DNA of 42,229 nucleotides from a virus (Duplodnaviria; Caudoviricetes), in IMG/VR virus record IMGVR_UViG_3300033067_000159, positions 1 through 42,229 of that record. One strand, 5' to 3'. Both the position numbers and the translations under genes were made by a program. Numbering within the stretch: position 1 is the stretch's first letter; each line of letters starts with the position of its first letter. Of the stretch, positions 1 through 9,038 are shown piece by piece. Below the pieces are notes generated by a model, which worked only from the letters and a program-made list of their open reading frames with translations, made no database searches and was not told the origin of the DNA.

Positions 1-651
1 ACCATCACCAGAGAACAGTTCAACTACTATAATCCGCAATATCTTAGCAGGTCTAATGGAAAGTGGTTTTACAAAGAAGACCAACTGAATGTATTTGCTT
101 CTATCGACTTTGCATTCAGTCTTCGCAATGGTGCTGACTATACATCTATTGTCGTAGTTGGGGTTGATTATAACTACAACTACTATGTCCTAGACATCGA
201 TAGATTCAAGAGCAACAAGATCTCTGAGTACTTCCAACACATCCTTCAGCTCCACCAAAAGTGGGACTTCAGAAAGCTAAGAGCAGAAGTAACAATGGCT
301 CAGCAAGTCATTGTGCAAGATCTGAAAGACAATTACATCAGGCACTATGGTCTGGCAATTGTCATTGACGAGTACCGTCCTAATTCGCATCAAGGTTCTA
401 AAGAAGAACGTATGGAAGCAACTCTGCAGCCTAGGTATGCAAATGGTCAGATCTGGCATCAAAAGGCTGGTAATTGGTCAATTTTGGAAGAAGAACTAGT
501 TCTACAGAACCCACCACACGATGACGTTAAAGACGCTCTAGCAGCAGTAATTCCTATTTGTGTTGCACCTTCCAGAGGTCTACATTCACGCGAACAAACA
601 AGCATGCTGTGGAAGCAGTATTCACATTCTAAATTTGGAGGCATTGGCTAA
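1..651 (+). CDS. terL: Terminase large subunit, C-terminal nuclease domain (5'-truncated by window edge)
   Basis: Frame 1 is open from base 1 (TITREQFNYY...VFASIDFAFSLRNGADYTSIVVVGVD...PPHDDVKDALA), with RNase H-like acidic motifs of TerL; lies directly upstream of the portal. Confidence 0.88.
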   Translation, partial: TITREQFNYYNPQYLSRSNGKWFYKEDQLNVFASIDFAFSLRNGADYTSIVVVGVDYNYNYYVLDIDRFKSNKISEYFQHILQLHQKWDFRKLRAEVTMAQQVIVQDLKDNYIRHYGLAIVIDEYRPNSHQGSKEERMEATLQPRYANGQIWHQKAGNWSILEEELVLQNPPHDDVKDALAAVIPICVAPSRGLHSREQTSMLWKQYSHSKFGGIG

Positions 652-2459
652 TGGCTGGACGAACTCTAGACCTCCTGAGTATTCTTCATCCTGATCGACT
701 AGGTACCCAGATTGCTGATATGTGGAGATCGTTTGATCAAGCTCGCACTGAACAAAAGATGCGCTGGCAGGAACTCAGGAATTACATTTATGCGACTGAC
801 ACAACTACTACTTCTAATAGTTCTCTCCCTTGGAAGAACAAGACAACTACCCCTAAGCTCACGCAGCTACGCGACAATCTTTTTTCCAACTACATGGCCA
901 CAATCTTCCCTAAACGGAAGTGGGTAAAGTGGGAAGGATCTAATAAAACAGATGAAGACCCAAAGAAGCGACAGTCAATCGAAGACTACATGTACTGGGT
1001 CTGCCAACAGCCAGTCTTCAAGGAAGAAATTACAAAGCTCATCTACGACTACATCGACTACGGAAATGTCTTTGTTATGCCTACATGGCGAGATGAGCAG
1101 CAGGAGACAAAAGGAAACTCTGTAAAGACAGGGTATGTTGGTCCTTCAGTACAGCGTATCAACCCAATTGATATTGTAATGAACCCAACTGCTTCATCTT
1201 TTACAGACTCTCCTAAGATCATTAGGTCTGTTGTCACCATTGGTGAGCTAAAAGAAATGACTGAATGGCCTATGCAAGGCACCGAAGAAGGTGCTATCGC
1301 TAAGGAGCTGTTCAACTACTTCAAGGGTATCCGAGATCTAGCCGCAAATGCCAACGGCACTGTTTGGCAAGAAAAGGACCAGATGTTCCAGGTTGATGGG
1401 TTTGACTCCTTCAGGACTTACCTACAGAGCCCGTACATCGAAGTACTGACTTTTTATGGAACCATCTATGACTACGACAACGACCAGCTTCTAAAGAACT
1501 ATAAGATCGTTGTTGTTGACCGTCACAAGGTTCTGTTTAAGCAGGTAGACTCTTCTGCGTTTGGCAGGGCGCAGATACACCACACTGGTTGGCGTCCACG
1601 TCAGGACAATCTGTGGGCCATGGGTCCACTAGACAACCTAGTAGGTATGCAGTACCGAATTGATCACCTTGAGAACCTCAAGGCTGACTGTTTCGACCTT
1701 ATTGCATTCCCACCACTGAAGATCAAAGGATATGTAAACGACTTCACTTGGGGTCCATTCGAAAAGATCTTTGTTGGTGAAGATGGTGACATTGAAGTCA
1801 TGAGTCCCAACGTTGAGTCTCTAAAAGCTAATCTAGAGATTGAACAGCTTATGGCTAAGATGGAAGAAATGGCTGGAGCACCTAAAGAAGCTATGGGTTT
1901 CCGTACTCCTGGTGAAAAGACCATGTACGAAGTTCAGCGTCTAGAGAATGCTGCATCTCGTATCTTCCAGAACAAGATTGCTCACTTTGAAGAGCAGGTC
2001 CTAGAACCTCTACTCAACTCTATGCTAGAACTTGCACTCAGGTATGGTATTGATGTTTCAGTACGCAGTGTAGATCCTCAGTTTGGTGCTGTTGGTTTCC
2101 AAAAGATTACTACAGCGGATATTACAGGTCAGGGTTCAATTAAACCAATTGCTGCTCGTCACTTTGCTGAGAGTGCGCAGTTGATCCAGAACCTGACTAA
2201 CTTCTATGCGTCTGCTATTGGTGCTGACCCTGATGTGAAGCGTCACTTCTCGTCTATCAAAACAGCTAAGATGCTGGAACGTCTTCTAGAGATTGAAGAC
2301 TTTGAACTGGTAGAAGAGAACGTTCGTATCGGTGAGAATGCTGATGCACAACGTATGATGCAATCTTCACAAGAAGATATGTACGCCGAGTCTCAAACTC
2401 CAGCAGGTATTACTCCAAGCGACTTTGAGTTGCCTCCTGGCATGGGCCCTGGTAAGTGA
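651..2459 (+). CDS. Portal (head-tail connector) protein
   Basis: 602 aa immediately after TerL; podoviral portal-like sequence (RPRQDNLWAMGPLDNLVGMQY, MEEMAGAP...GEKT). Confidence 0.88.
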   Translation: MAGRTLDLLSILHPDRLGTQIADMWRSFDQARTEQKMRWQELRNYIYATDTTTTSNSSLPWKNKTTTPKLTQLRDNLFSNYMATIFPKRKWVKWEGSNKTDEDPKKRQSIEDYMYWVCQQPVFKEEITKLIYDYIDYGNVFVMPTWRDEQQETKGNSVKTGYVGPSVQRINPIDIVMNPTASSFTDSPKIIRSVVTIGELKEMTEWPMQGTEEGAIAKELFNYFKGIRDLAANANGTVWQEKDQMFQVDGFDSFRTYLQSPYIEVLTFYGTIYDYDNDQLLKNYKIVVVDRHKVLFKQVDSSAFGRAQIHHTGWRPRQDNLWAMGPLDNLVGMQYRIDHLENLKADCFDLIAFPPLKIKGYVNDFTWGPFEKIFVGEDGDIEVMSPNVESLKANLEIEQLMAKMEEMAGAPKEAMGFRTPGEKTMYEVQRLENAASRIFQNKIAHFEEQVLEPLLNSMLELALRYGIDVSVRSVDPQFGAVGFQKITTADITGQGSIKPIAARHFAESAQLIQNLTNFYASAIGADPDVKRHFSSIKTAKMLERLLEIEDFELVEENVRIGENADAQRMMQSSQEDMYAESQTPAGITPSDFELPPGMGPGK

Positions 2460-2731
2460 TGTCTACTAAAGGCATCAGTTCTGACTGGACTAAAAACCTT
2501 CCAGCAGACAAAAGAAAAGACTTTGAACAAACACTACGAAATAGCACTTACATTACCGGTCGACTAGCTGACATTTTAGAAGAACGACTGCAGGCGGTTC
2601 TAAGGTCTGAAACATCTCTTGATGATTTCACTGGTGACTGGGCTTACAAACAAGCATTTCGTAATGGACAAAAACAAGCACTGAAGGCTGTACTCGACCT
2701 ACTCAGCTTCACAAAAGGAAAAGATAATTGA
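2456..2731 (+). CDS. Hypothetical protein between portal and scaffold
   Basis: 91 aa, overlaps both neighbours; WAYKQAFRNG motif typical of this position in such podoviruses. Confidence 0.7.
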   Translation: MMSTKGISSDWTKNLPADKRKDFEQTLRNSTYITGRLADILEERLQAVLRSETSLDDFTGDWAYKQAFRNGQKQALKAVLDLLSFTKGKDN

Positions 2732-3489
2732 CCACAGACCTATTTTCCAGCAATGACCCAATCCTCGATGACAACTATGAGATGGATGGAGTAACGGCCA
2801 CAGAAGATCTCGTTACCAATCTGGTTGGCGAAGACAAGAAGTACAAGACTGTAAATGACCTCGCTTACAGTAAACTCTCCGCCGATGCCTTTATTAATAG
2901 GCTCAAGAACGAGAATAAACAACTCCGAGACCAGTTGAAGTCAACCGACGACATCAAGTCTCTAATTAACGGCTTTAAGGAAGCTCCCCCGAAAGAAACA
3001 AGTAACCCTGTACAAGACGGCGGTGAAAGTGGGGCTTTTGATCCAGACACCCTGGTAGAAAAAGTACTTTCTTCACTCGAAGCACGTAATGCCAAGGCCC
3101 GTGAAGAGCAGAACATGGAACAGGTTAAGAATACTGTCCAGACAGCTCTTGGTCCTAATTGGCGCAACGAAGTTAAACAACGACTAGCGGAAGCAGACCT
3201 CAGTGACTCTGAAGCGGATGCTATCGCACGTCGTAATCCCAAGGCTTTCTTCAAGCTTCTAGGTATCAGTAATGAACCTAATAAACCTGCTAGTCTGTTT
3301 GATAATCCTGCACCACGGTCTACTGTGAACACTACTTCGCAGACACCGGTAAATGGTGAGCGTACTCAGCAGTATTATGATAATTTGAAGAAAAAGATGG
3401 GTCTTTCTTCGTTTTACAGTAACCCAACTTTGCAGGCCCAGATGCACAATGATGCTCTAAGGCTTGGTGAAAAATTCTTTAACGCATAA
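2728..3489 (+). CDS. Capsid scaffolding protein
   Basis: Acidic, helical/coiled-coil 253 aa just before the MCP; TTG start with AAGGA RBS. Confidence 0.75.
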   Translation: MTTDLFSSNDPILDDNYEMDGVTATEDLVTNLVGEDKKYKTVNDLAYSKLSADAFINRLKNENKQLRDQLKSTDDIKSLINGFKEAPPKETSNPVQDGGESGAFDPDTLVEKVLSSLEARNAKAREEQNMEQVKNTVQTALGPNWRNEVKQRLAEADLSDSEADAIARRNPKAFFKLLGISNEPNKPASLFDNPAPRSTVNTTSQTPVNGERTQQYYDNLKKKMGLSSFYSNPTLQAQMHNDALRLGEKFFNA

Positions 3490-3499
3490 GGAGCACTAA

Positions 3500-4450
3500 A
3501 TGGCTGGTTTTTCCACATCCCAGACTGATCATCTAATTCGGTCTAACCTGTGGTCGTCCCAGATTAAGGAAGTCCTAATGGACGAACTCATGGCTACTAA
3601 GTATGTAGACATGATCACCGACTTCCCTGACGGCGACACTATCAATATTCCTTCGATGGGTCAGGCAGACGTCCTGGACTACGCTGAGGGTCAGGCTGTT
3701 AAGTATACCGCGATGGATACTGGCAACTTCACCTTCTCGATCACTGCTTACAAGAGCTCAGCGACTTACATCACTGAGAAGCTGAAGCAGGACTCGTTCT
3801 ACACTGCACGCCTTGTTTCTTCGTTCGTACCAAAGCAGTCTCGCGCTATTGCTAAGGCAATGGAAGTCGATATTCTTTCTGTTGGTCCGAACGGTCAGAC
3901 TGCAAGCAACCTGAACGCTATTAACGGTGCAAACCATCGTTGGGTAGGTTCTGGTACTAACGAAACCATCGCTGTACAGGACTTTGCTAAGGCGAAGTAT
4001 GCCCTACAGAAGGCTAACGTTCCGATGACTAACCTCGTCGCTATCGTTGATCCTTCGGTTGAGTATGCGCTAAGCACCCTGACTAACCTTACTAACGTGT
4101 CCAATAACCCACGTTGGGAAGGCATCGTTCGTGATGGTATGTCCACTGGCACTAAGTTCGTAATGAACGTTTATGGCTTCGACGTTTATGTCTCTCAGAA
4201 CCTCAAGGTTAATACCACTTCTGAGACCATCAACTCGGTCACTTCGGCTGCTGGTGTTAATAACCTCTTCTTCTCTGCCGCACCTGATGTGCTTCCAATT
4301 GTCGGCTCTGTCCGTCAGCCTCCGAAGGTTGACTCTGAGTACAACAAGGACATGCAGCGTGAAGAGTACGTGACAACTTGCCGTTACGGTTACAAGCTGT
4401 TCCGTCCAGAGAACATGGTCGTTGTCATCACTGACACTGATCAGGTCTGA
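3500..4450 (+). CDS. Major capsid protein
   Basis: 316 aa, AAGGAG RBS, HK97-fold MCP signatures (GDTINIP, YGFDVYVS, YGYKLFRPE), highly expressed codon bias. Confidence 0.9.
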   Translation: MAGFSTSQTDHLIRSNLWSSQIKEVLMDELMATKYVDMITDFPDGDTINIPSMGQADVLDYAEGQAVKYTAMDTGNFTFSITAYKSSATYITEKLKQDSFYTARLVSSFVPKQSRAIAKAMEVDILSVGPNGQTASNLNAINGANHRWVGSGTNETIAVQDFAKAKYALQKANVPMTNLVAIVDPSVEYALSTLTNLTNVSNNPRWEGIVRDGMSTGTKFVMNVYGFDVYVSQNLKVNTTSETINSVTSAAGVNNLFFSAAPDVLPIVGSVRQPPKVDSEYNKDMQREEYVTTCRYGYKLFRPENMVVVITDTDQV

Positions 4451-4474
4451 TAAGAAACTAAAGGAGTATATAAT

Positions 4475-4960
4475 ATGGGTACTTGGCTGAATGGCGATGG
4501 CCTATACATCCGCTTCGGTGCGGATGAAGGCAAAGTACAGAAGACTGGTGAGTATGAGGACAGCAGCTACTGGGGTGCAGACCACTTCGTAGAAGCAGAC
4601 ATCTCTTACACTGACCTTAATGCCTTCGGTACTGATACTATTCTTTCCGATACGGTAGTCATTCCTAACGGTGCGCGTATTACCAAGGCAGAGATGTATG
4701 TCATCACTGCGTTTACCTCGGGTGGTTCTGCTACCCTTGAGCTTGGTACTATCCGTACTGACCGGTCTACTACTTACGATGCTGACGGTTTTGTTGCTGC
4801 TACTGCTGTAGCTTCGCTTACCGCTGGTGCAACTATTGCTGGTTCTGGTGCTCTTGTGAACACCACACTGGCTAACGACGGTCTACTGACCGCTACTGTC
4901 CGCACTGCCAACTTTACTGCTGGTCGCGGTCGTCTGCGTGTCTTCTGGACTATGGTCTAA
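4475..4960 (+). CDS. Probable capsid decoration / minor capsid protein
   Basis: Strong AAGGAG RBS, beta-rich T/A/G composition, co-transcribed with MCP and followed by a terminator. Confidence 0.6.
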   Translation: MGTWLNGDGLYIRFGADEGKVQKTGEYEDSSYWGADHFVEADISYTDLNAFGTDTILSDTVVIPNGARITKAEMYVITAFTSGGSATLELGTIRTDRSTTYDADGFVAATAVASLTAGATIAGSGALVNTTLANDGLLTATVRTANFTAGRGRLRVFWTMV

Positions 4961-4968
4961 TTTAAGCT

Positions 4969-5000
4969 AGGGGAGATCTCACAAGGGTCTCCCCCCTTTT
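4969..5000 (+). terminator. Rho-independent terminator after capsid genes
   Basis: Stem GGGGAGATCTC / loop ACAA / GGGTCTCCCC followed by CCTTTT. Confidence 0.7.
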
Positions 5001-5021
5001 CCATTATAAGGACACGTAACA

Positions 5022-5510
5022 ATGCCATTCCACAAAGATCTGACTGGTGCAGACCTTCATGAACCTAAGGGTGCATCGTCTGCAACTCTGTACTCTGTCC
5101 TGACTGCGAACGGTGTTGGTGGGACCTCTTGGACACTTATTGGACCAAACAACATTGACAGTTCGACACTGCTTGGTAACAAATTCTTTGTCACTATGCA
5201 GAAAGAGAACCCTGCAGGTACATTCACACTTTATCTGCCTATCCCTGTTAACTGCACACTAAGTGCAATTTACGCTACAATTGACGCAGCTCCCACTGGT
5301 GCTAACATTCAGGTAGACTTCTATAACGGTACTTCAACCCTTATTAACTCTACCACGTTTACCACTACGGCTACTACAGGTGACACAAATACGATCACTC
5401 CATCGAGCAATAACGTATTTACAGCAGGAAGCAAACTCCGCATTCGTAATTCTACTGCCGTTGCTACTTGTGGGTCTATTGGCTTTACATTTGTCTTTAC
5501 GGCTAGTTAA
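5022..5510 (+). CDS. Virion structural protein (fibre-associated)
   Basis: N-terminal DLHEPKG motif, Thr-rich beta composition, upstream of the tail fibre. Confidence 0.55.
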   Translation: MPFHKDLTGADLHEPKGASSATLYSVLTANGVGGTSWTLIGPNNIDSSTLLGNKFFVTMQKENPAGTFTLYLPIPVNCTLSAIYATIDAAPTGANIQVDFYNGTSTLINSTTFTTTATTGDTNTITPSSNNVFTAGSKLRIRNSTAVATCGSIGFTFVFTAS

Positions 5511-5512
5511 TA

Positions 5513-6808
5513 ATGGCTAAACTAACTCTCTCTGATCTTTCTTCGCTTGCGAATGAAACTTCCGCCATTAACACAATCAACAACAATAACGCTGCTATTG
5601 AGACAGCTCTAGAAAACACTCTATCCAGAGACGGCACTACACCTAACGTAATGAATGCCGACTTTGATATGAACAGTAAGCGTATTCTCAATCTTCCTAA
5701 TGCTTCTGACCTTCAGGAGCCAGTTACACTCTCACAGCTAAACACTACAGCATTCGGTACACCAACAATTGTAATTAGCACCGTAACAGGTCTACAAGCG
5801 GCCCTAGACGCCAAAGTGCCAATTACACGTACCATTACTGCTGCTGGTGCTCTTACCGGTGGAGGTGACCTTTCCGCTAATCGTACAATCACTCTAGACG
5901 TTACAAGCTTGACTGCACTGACCTCAGGGTTAGATGCAAGCAATGACTATGTCCTACTCTACGATGCATCTGCTGCAGGTTATAAGAAGATCAATCCAAA
6001 CAACTTGGTTGGTCCACTAAGCTCAGGTGTTGCATCTTTTAATGGTCGATCAGGTGCTGTTGTTCCAGCTTCTGCAGACTACACAGCTACTCTTGTAACA
6101 AATACTCCTGCTGGTAATATTGCAGCAACAACTGTCCAGGCAGCTTTGAATGAACTAGACACTGAAAAGGTACCAACTACCAGAACAGTTTCAGTTTCTG
6201 GAGCGCTAACTGGTGGTGGTGACCTTTCGGCAAACCGAACAATAACTCTAGATGTCAATGGTTTAACAGAAGACACTGCGCCTCTACGAGCAACAGACTA
6301 CATTCTGACTTACGATGTATCTGCTTCCACTCATAAAAAAGCTAAACTAAACTCATTCTTCAAGCCCGAGAGCTATGTATACTCAACTTGGACTTACTCT
6401 TCGGCAGTTCCTTATGTTGAACTTTTGGTGCCAACTCCAGTCACTGACTTTCATATGTTTAAAGTTTATTTCAGTGACATTGCTCCTTCAGCAAACTCAA
6501 CCAATACTATCTTACGTTTTTCATTATATAATGGTGTAACTGAAGTTCTACAAGGATCTGATGGGGATGGTACTGTCGACCCACAAACTTCTGACCGTTA
6601 TTTTGGTAACGTAGAGTTTACAATTGGTGCCGATCGCACTGTGCATTTTGCTAGGTACTACATTTTTGACAATAGTAGTGGCAGCACTAACTACTACTCT
6701 GCTCTACGATCAATGAGTGGAAATACTTTTGATCGTGTACGTGCATACTTCGACTCTGGTAACATTGCTCGTGGTTTTATCAGCTTAGTTGCTTATCCAA
6801 AAGCATAA
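5513..6808 (+). CDS. Tail fibre protein
   Basis: N-terminal LSRDG..PN.MNADFDMNSKRILNLP anchor motif; GGGDLSANRTITL repeats; VASFNGRSGAV fibre motif. Confidence 0.8.
   Translation: MAKLTLSDLSSLANETSAINTINNNNAAIETALENTLSRDGTTPNVMNADFDMNSKRILNLPNASDLQEPVTLSQLNTTAFGTPTIVISTVTGLQAALDAKVPITRTITAAGALTGGGDLSANRTITLDVTSLTALTSGLDASNDYVLLYDASAAGYKKINPNNLVGPLSSGVASFNGRSGAVVPASADYTATLVTNTPAGNIAATTVQAALNELDTEKVPTTRTVSVSGALTGGGDLSANRTITLDVNGLTEDTAPLRATDYILTYDVSASTHKKAKLNSFFKPESYVYSTWTYSSAVPYVELLVPTPVTDFHMFKVYFSDIAPSANSTNTILRFSLYNGVTEVLQGSDGDGTVDPQTSDRYFGNVEFTIGADRTVHFARYYIFDNSSGSTNYYSALRSMSGNTFDRVRAYFDSGNIARGFISLVAYPKA
5792..6340 (+). repeat. Internal ~60-aa duplication within tail fibre
   Basis: LQAALDAKVPITRTITAAGALTGGGDLSANRTITLDV...YVLLYDASAAGYKK versus VQAALNELDTEKVPTTRTVSVSGALTGGGDLSANRTITLDV...YILTYDVSASTHKK. 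Confidence 0.8.
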
Positions 6809-6818
6809 GGATTAATAA

Positions 6819-7589
6819 ATGGCTACGCCTTCATTTGAGAGTCTAAAGGCTCACTATACGAAACTCTGGCTAACAGTCAAAATTGATCCGGGCCAGGAAA
6901 CAGCAGTTGAGAGCACGGCACGTAAGATCTTTGCTCTTAAAGAGCGCTATCTAGTCATTCAGAGAAAGCTTGGCGTTCCTTGGTTCTTTGTTGGTCTCAT
7001 CCACAATCTTGAAGCTGGTCTTTCATTCCGTGGTCATCTACACAATGGTGATCCTCTAACCGCTAAGACTGTGCAGGTACCAGCTGGTCGTCCACTTGTC
7101 GGTCAGCCTCCCTTTACTTGGGAAGAGTCAGCCCTTGATGCTCTGACTCAGAAGGGCCTGCAGAATGTCAAGGCTTGGACTATTGAACGCATTCTGTACG
7201 AAGCAGAGCGGTACAACGGCTTTGGCTACAGGCTCTACCATCCAAATGACCTATCACCATACGTTTGGTCCAAGACCAATCATAACGATGGCACAGGCAA
7301 GTACATTGCAGACGGTAAGTGGTCTGGTACAGCATTCTCTGAAAGTCAGGTTGGCTTTGTTGCTGGTCTGATCGCGCTAATGAAACTAGACCCAACAATC
7401 AAGTTCGATCCTAATGTTGGAGCTTTGGAACAAACTGTCGTTGGTGGTGGTGTTGGTACCGTCATCGTTGCAGTCGAAACTGCAATTCAGAACGACGTTT
7501 CTGTTTACCAGTATGCTCCAATGGCTATCGCAGTTCTACTCATTGTAGGTGTCGCAGCCTACATCATCAATAAACGGAGGCACTCATGA
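6819..7589 (+). CDS. Endolysin, lysozyme-like family (COG5526-type), with C-terminal hydrophobic segments
   Basis: GVPWFFVGLIHNLE, HLHNGDPL, TWEESALDAL, ERYNGFGY, SPYVWS, GKYIADG motifs. Confidence 0.8.
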   Translation: MATPSFESLKAHYTKLWLTVKIDPGQETAVESTARKIFALKERYLVIQRKLGVPWFFVGLIHNLEAGLSFRGHLHNGDPLTAKTVQVPAGRPLVGQPPFTWEESALDALTQKGLQNVKAWTIERILYEAERYNGFGYRLYHPNDLSPYVWSKTNHNDGTGKYIADGKWSGTAFSESQVGFVAGLIALMKLDPTIKFDPNVGALEQTVVGGGVGTVIVAVETAIQNDVSVYQYAPMAIAVLLIVGVAAYIINKRRHS

Positions 7590-7768
7590 TGACTGCAATC
7601 CTAGCTCTATTTACTCCACATCTTTCTAAGTTTATCCCTGGTGGCGCTACTGCCGTGACATACCTAGCTGGTGTGTACTTTCTGGACGGTTTCCTAGGTG
7701 GGACTGTCTCAACTATCGCCGCAGCTGCAGTAGGCTATGGGGTTAACACCTTTATGGAGTCTAAGTAA
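7586..7768 (+). CDS. Small two-TM membrane protein, putative holin
   Basis: 60 aa, two hydrophobic stretches, GGAG RBS, directly after the endolysin. Confidence 0.55.
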   Translation: MMTAILALFTPHLSKFIPGGATAVTYLAGVYFLDGFLGGTVSTIAAAAVGYGVNTFMESK

Positions 7769-7769
7769 G

Positions 7770-8072
7770 ATGCCTATCCCTTTGATTGGGGGCTTCTTCG
7801 GTAAAGTTGTTCTGGGTGAGATTATCGACAAAGTGGTTGTACCTCACCCTACCAACCCCCAGGCCCCTCCTGTAACCGTCCCTGTACGTGCACCACCGCC
7901 GGGTAAAGGTCTCAGAACCTTTGCAGTAGCGGTAGGTTACGCTGCTCTTACAGGAATTCTAGCGTACTTCCAGACTATCGATTGGTCTGAATACGGCCTA
8001 GGTTGGGCTCTAGTTGGTCCAGTCCTGATGGCAGGTATGAAGTACATCACAGAGAAATCAGGAACTGAATAA
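7770..8072 (+). CDS. Membrane protein (Pro-rich linker plus two TM), putative holin/lysis accessory
   Basis: ATG at 7770 after GGAG; hydrophobic segments TFAVAVGYAALTGILAYF and LGWALVGPVLMAGM. Confidence 0.55.
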   Translation: MPIPLIGGFFGKVVLGEIIDKVVVPHPTNPQAPPVTVPVRAPPPGKGLRTFAVAVGYAALTGILAYFQTIDWSEYGLGWALVGPVLMAGMKYITEKSGTE

Positions 8073-8851
8073 TGAAAATGACACTCTTAGAGATTGTACA
8101 AGGCATCCTAAGCGATATTGATGGAGACGAAGTAAACTCAATTACGGATACTACTGAGTCCCTACAGGTAGCAAACGCTGTTAAGGAAACTTACAATCAC
8201 ATTGTTACTAAAGCGGACTTGCCTGAAAGGTACGGTCTCTTTGAGTTGGATGCAAGCGTCACTAGCACAAAGCCAGTGCTGATGACTATTCCAAGCTATG
8301 TAGACAACATCAAGTGGCTTAAGTACGACTGTAAGACAGACACTGATCCTTATCCGGTGTTTAACTACATGGACTATCAACCACTTGAAATGTTCCTTGA
8401 GAGTATGTACAACCTTCCAGGTCAGACAGACTCCACTATTGAGACATTCGACCATACGGCTAACTTTGGTACTCTGAGTTTCTACTACTACAATGATCGC
8501 GCACCAAGCAGGTACTCGTCTATTGACGACACTACACTGATCTTTGATGCTTATGATAACACAGTAGACACTACACTACAGAAGTCCAAGACTCTTGCTT
8601 ACGGGCGGCTTCTAACCACTTTCCTAATGCAGGACAACTTCACACCTCCGCTTGATGCAAACATGTTCCCTCTTCTGTTCCAGGAGACAAAAGCCCAGGT
8701 GATGAACGACTTGAGACAGATGGACTCTCCCAGAGCTGATAAACGCGCTAAAGAACAGTGGACCAAGAACCAAGACATCCGTGAAAATGCCGGCGGTCGT
8801 CAACCTTACCAACGAAAGAACTGGATGCCAAACTATGGAAGAAAACGCTGA
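8072..8851 (+). CDS. Tail adaptor (tail tubular protein A-like)
   Basis: MTLLEIVQGIL...DEVNSI start typical of T7 gp11-like adaptors; position before the nozzle. Confidence 0.75.
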   Translation: MKMTLLEIVQGILSDIDGDEVNSITDTTESLQVANAVKETYNHIVTKADLPERYGLFELDASVTSTKPVLMTIPSYVDNIKWLKYDCKTDTDPYPVFNYMDYQPLEMFLESMYNLPGQTDSTIETFDHTANFGTLSFYYYNDRAPSRYSSIDDTTLIFDAYDNTVDTTLQKSKTLAYGRLLTTFLMQDNFTPPLDANMFPLLFQETKAQVMNDLRQMDSPRADKRAKEQWTKNQDIRENAGGRQPYQRKNWMPNYGRKR

Positions 8852-9038
8852 AACTATCGTAGACTACTTCGACAACAAAGCCATCATCAGCCCTGATGGT
8901 GTCTACGCTTTGTACAAGATTAGGCTACAGCGCGGTCAAACTCCAGCAGAACTTCTGGGAAGTTACACATCAGAAGAGGAAGCAATCAAGGCTATTAGGG
9001 CACGCCTAAGTAAGGGCAAGCGAGCCAATGGGTCGTAA
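8835..9038 (+). CDS. Hypothetical protein
   Basis: 67 aa from ATG 8835, overlapping both neighbours; PAELLGSYTS motif. Confidence 0.6.
   Translation: MEENAETIVDYFDNKAIISPDGVYALYKIRLQRGQTPAELLGSYTSEEEAIKAIRARLSKGKRANGS

Noticed and set aside
3500-4960. MCP and the next gene are in the same frame, suggesting a readthrough capsid fusion
   Set aside because: The MCP ends in a double stop (TGA TAA) and the downstream gene has its own strong AAGGAG RBS.
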